From contig NC_068981.1 in assembly GCF_001194135.2 (NCBI RefSeq), forward strand, positions 90,521,744-90,585,743: a stretch of 64,000 nt of DNA. Reading direction: 5' to 3'. Made by a program: the position numbers and the translations under genes. The DNA comes from Octopus bimaculoides. Taxonomy: Eukaryota. The notes below the pieces were generated by a model that was not told the origin of the DNA, did no database searches, and worked only from the letters and a program-made list of their open reading frames with translations. Positions 62,145 through 64,000 of this stretch are shown piece by piece (position 1 is the stretch's first letter; the number at the start of each line of letters is the position of its first letter).

Positions 62145-62235
62145 CATGATTAAGTTCTGGTTCTGCTTCTAGATTCATCATCTTAGGAATTGACGGACCA
62201 AAAATATCAGCATCAAGGATGCCTACTGTTTTGTC
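62145..62235 (-). CDS. NUBPL: NUBPL exon (91 nt)
   Basis: DKTVGILDADIFGPSIPKMMNLEAEPELNH is the Mrp signature. Boundaries tacag| and g|gtaa. Confidence 0.95.
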
Positions 62236-63493
62236 CTGTAAAGAGAAATGATTTCCTGCGTTGACAGATGGCCACAGTTTATATCAAGAAAGAATAATGA
62301 TCATTAAATCAACCCCTGTATAAGCCACATGTCAGATTACATTTTGTTGTTTTTACTGTGTAGCCATCCGTTGGCCCTAATTGAGCTGATCTATGACCCA
62401 ACCCTTGGATGGCGCAAGTATTTGCATCAGGTCTCTGATTTGAGAATAATACGATATTTTGGTGTGCCACTTCTTACAGCAGCAATCCATGAGTTGGGAT
62501 TCCTTTCCTTCCTTTTTCTTATGCATCTCCAATGCCTTGAAAAAGGTTATGAGCATGGACATTGCCTGTTGCTCCTCAGACAGTAGAAGACTGCTGTAGA
62601 TCAGAATTGTGCCTGTATTCATATACCCAGTCAAAGTTTATTTCATATCATAGTGGCATGGGTTGGGTGATCTTGCAGGATCCAGTGAATCCAAGGACTG
62701 TGTCATGCTTCATTTTCCACATTGGCATGGTTTCCACAACTGGATGCCCTTCCTAATGTCAACCCCTTTATAAACAGTCTCACGAGACCATTACAACAAA
62801 TTCTTACAGCAAAGACATGGACACACCAATACTTAGACTTTAAATCTGGTTAACCATTCCATATTAAAAGGAATATCTCATTTAATATAGTAAGATGTAT
62901 ATGTTCAAAAGTTAGGCACAAACAGAATGAGAGATAACTGGTAGAACTAAAAATATTCCTTCAAAAATAAAAATGCCTGAACAACTTAGTAAATCAAGCC
63001 ATAATCAAGGTAAAAGAGCCTAATCTGTTCCTACAGAGAAACTCTCACAATAAGGGTTAACACAAGACAAAAACATGAATATTCCATTTGTAGGCACTTA
63101 TAATTGAAGAAACCATAACATCTTACATTCAGCTAAACAATACCTTCTAATTCTATACCAGACATCAAATCTTAGAAAAATAAAGAATCACAAATTGTCA
63201 ACAGCTGAAGGACTCTAAACACAGGGTGTAATTCACATCAGAAGATGTCTATTCTGGCATGGTTTCTACGGCTGGATGCCCCTCCTAATGTCAATGACAG
63301 AAGCAAATAGAAAACACACACACACACAAACACACATATACATATACTGAAAGTCAAGCCAAGGGATGACATAGTTAGGCACCACTATTCTCTTGTTGAC
63401 AAATGTTAGAAATATAAGGTTTAATCAGTGTTCTATTTCCTTGAATATCATTTATCATCCTTTTAAAAGATATTAAATAATAATTAAACTTAC

Positions 63494-63528
63494 CTTGTCC
63501 AATGCAGCTAAACCCAATGCCAGATTGA
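63494..63528 (-). CDS. NUBPL: NUBPL exon (35 nt)
   Basis: (V)NLALGLAALDK follows the Walker A motif in Mrp/NBP35 ATPases. Boundaries caag| and |gtaagt. Same size as recalled human exon 3. Confidence 0.85.
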
Positions 63529-63660
63529 CTTGAAAGGAGATAAAAAAAACCCTATTTAGATATGTGATTCTGAATACAGTATAATATAACATAATATAAT
63601 ACGATATAATATGGTATATTATATCATATCATATATACATATGTTTATGTACCTTGTAAA

Positions 63661-64000
63661 TCATCATCATCATCATCATCATCGTTTAACGTCCGCTTTC
63701 CATGCTAGCATGGGTTGGACGATTTGACTGAGGACTGGTGCAACCGGATGGCTACACCAGGCTCCAATCTAATTTGGCAGAGTTTCTACAGCTGGATGCC
63801 CTTCCTAACGCCAACCACTCAGAGAGTGTAGTGGGTGCTTTTACGTGTCACCTGCACGAAAACGGCCACGCTCGAAATGGTGTCTTTTATGTGCCACCCG
63901 CACAAGAGCCAGTCCAGGGGCACTGGCAACGATCTCACTTGGCTTGCCGGGTCTTCTCAAGCACAGCACATTTCCAAAGGTCTCGGTCAGTAGTCATCGC
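63661..64000 (-). mobile_element. RTE LINE 3' end (continues beyond window)
   Basis: (CAT)n tail and a 3' UTR nearly identical to the 42340 copy, with a few substitutions. Confidence 0.88.

Overview
AT-rich, repeat-dense animal genomic DNA with seven assembly gaps (10071-10254, 22223-22964, 23244-23269, 31794-31803, 42568-42635, 48591-49510, 56358-57047). The repeat mix (tRNA-derived SINEs, RTE LINEs, mariner/pogo fossils, TTAA-flanked MITEs, long microsatellites) suggests an Octopus-like cephalopod; this is inference. Two minus-strand genes were reconstructed by hand with GT-AG boundaries and consistent phases. FBXO38 has 14 coding exons (760-23926) summing to 4848 nt, or 1615 aa. NUBPL/Ind1 has 8 coding exons (42030-63528); its 5' exons lie beyond the window. 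Between them, a repeat-poor, CpG-retaining stretch (~30.7-34.6 kb) contains a 52-codon ORF (33902-34060, minus) that is too short for the ORF track. It encodes a single-pass membrane microprotein resembling PIGBOS1 as I recall that sequence. Its stop codon overlaps a splice donor, and FBXO38 begins with an unusual TAA/ATG-TGA-AA-ATG arrangement, so a coupled or bicistronic unit is possible but unproven. Notable structural oddities include a perfect 130-bp inverted templated duplication, a Helitron carrying a 200-bp palindrome, a two-left-end mariner with a hairpin junction, an element embedded in (TAA)n, and identical young RTE copies. There is no CRISPR array, rRNA or bona fide tRNA gene. Homology calls rest on recalled sequences, not database searches.
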